Origin: Phoronis australis
Lineage: Eukaryota > Animalia > Phoronida
Reading direction: 5' to 3'
Assembly: GCA_002633005.1 (NCBI GenBank)
Contig: NMRA01000312.1
Coordinates: forward strand, 453,850 to 517,849
Length of the DNA: 64,000 nt
Shown here: one piece after another, positions 63,600 through 64,000 of the stretch
How the letters are laid out: every line of letters begins with the position of its first letter
Numbering within the stretch: the stretch's first letter is position 1
The notes under the pieces: generated by a model
What the model saw: the letters and a program-made list of their open reading frames with translations, nothing else
Database searches by the model: none
What the model was told of the DNA's origin: nothing
Made by a program: the position numbers and the translations under genes

Positions 63600-63672
63600 T
63601 GGAGAATCCGGGTATTGTTCCCGGTAAATCTCGCATGCAAAGCGAGCGCTCTACCACTTGAGCTAATTCCCC
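63600..63672 (-). pseudogene. trnA-TGC: tRNA-Ala(TGC) with mutated T loop (B box), probable pseudogene
   Basis: T arm reads CCGGG-AACAATA-CCCGG instead of CCGGG-ATCGATA-CCCGG. Confidence 0.75.
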
Positions 63673-64000
63673 AAGTCATGTGGGTATTGTTTACGCCAAA
63701 TATTTCATATCACACTAGTAACTATAACAATTATATTAAAACTAGAATTAGATAAGCCGTTTCATCTCGCATATTAAGTAAGAACACTAAAACATGAGCT
63801 TAAAATATCCCTGTTAGCAATTATAACTAATTCATTTTCTTTTCCTTGTGACATCAATTATAACACATGGCACCAATAAAATACAAATCGGAGGCAGGTC
63901 TCCATCCCGGTACTTTTCACACACAAATGGATTAGAGTTCTCTTTTTAGATACTTCCCCATAGCAACAAAATGTAGTAGCTATTTTAGTTCTAGTTCTTT

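Larger units (their letters stand above)
48229..64000 (-). repeat. tRNA-Ala-derived tandem array with higher-order units of ~2.4-2.5 kb and ~3.1-3.6 kb; runs off the window end
   Basis: Landmark recurrences: 51781 to 54276 (2495 bp), 53354 to 55758 (2404), 56884 to 60029 (3145) to 63600 (3571), 58978 to 62357 (3379). Intervening sequence is made of decayed tggagaatcc...gatcc.ggtac...gagctaatt monomers. Confidence 0.93.

Noticed and set aside
51318-63755. Recurrent short ORFs (MGVLPFKIIPR..., MLLLSNKAPH..., etc.) as a peptide family
   Set aside because: They are chance frames across tRNA relics; copies differ by frameshifts and stops.
48229-64000. G3:U70 tRNAs with non-Ala anticodons (mistranslating or suppressor tRNAs)
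   Set aside because: All full-length copies read AGC, CGC or TGC; altered anticodons occur only in relics with broken stems.

Overview
AT-rich, intron-containing animal genomic DNA; the repeat style suggests a marine invertebrate such as a cnidarian, but the taxon cannot be established from this window. Nearly all ORF-track entries are spurious or are fragments of exons. The main gene is a + strand ADAMTS2/3/14-type (procollagen N-proteinase-like) metalloprotease. I assembled it by hand from 19 GT-AG exons with consistent phases (8921-47940, about 837 codons: signal peptide, prodomain, reprolysin domain with HETGHVLGMEHD, disintegrin-like, TSP1, Cys-rich, spacer, start of a second TSP1); the gene is incomplete at its 3' end. 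Its introns hold antisense tRNA-Leu(CAG) genes and relics, a decayed ISL2EU-like THAP transposon nested in an older MITE, a 5'-truncated RNase H-bearing LINE with a 12-bp TSD and T-rich tail next to a tRNA gene, several MITEs, and mini/microsatellites. The last ~16 kb (48.2-64 kb) is a higher-order tandem array built almost entirely of tRNA-Ala monomers: intact AGC, CGC and TGC genes plus many relics. It shows anticodon switching, monomer-to-monomer recombination, and a variable-copy 38-bp minisatellite derived from a tRNA 5' end. A Kazal-type inhibitor exon lies on the minus strand near the window start. Coordinates were counted by eye; repeat boundaries are approximate.
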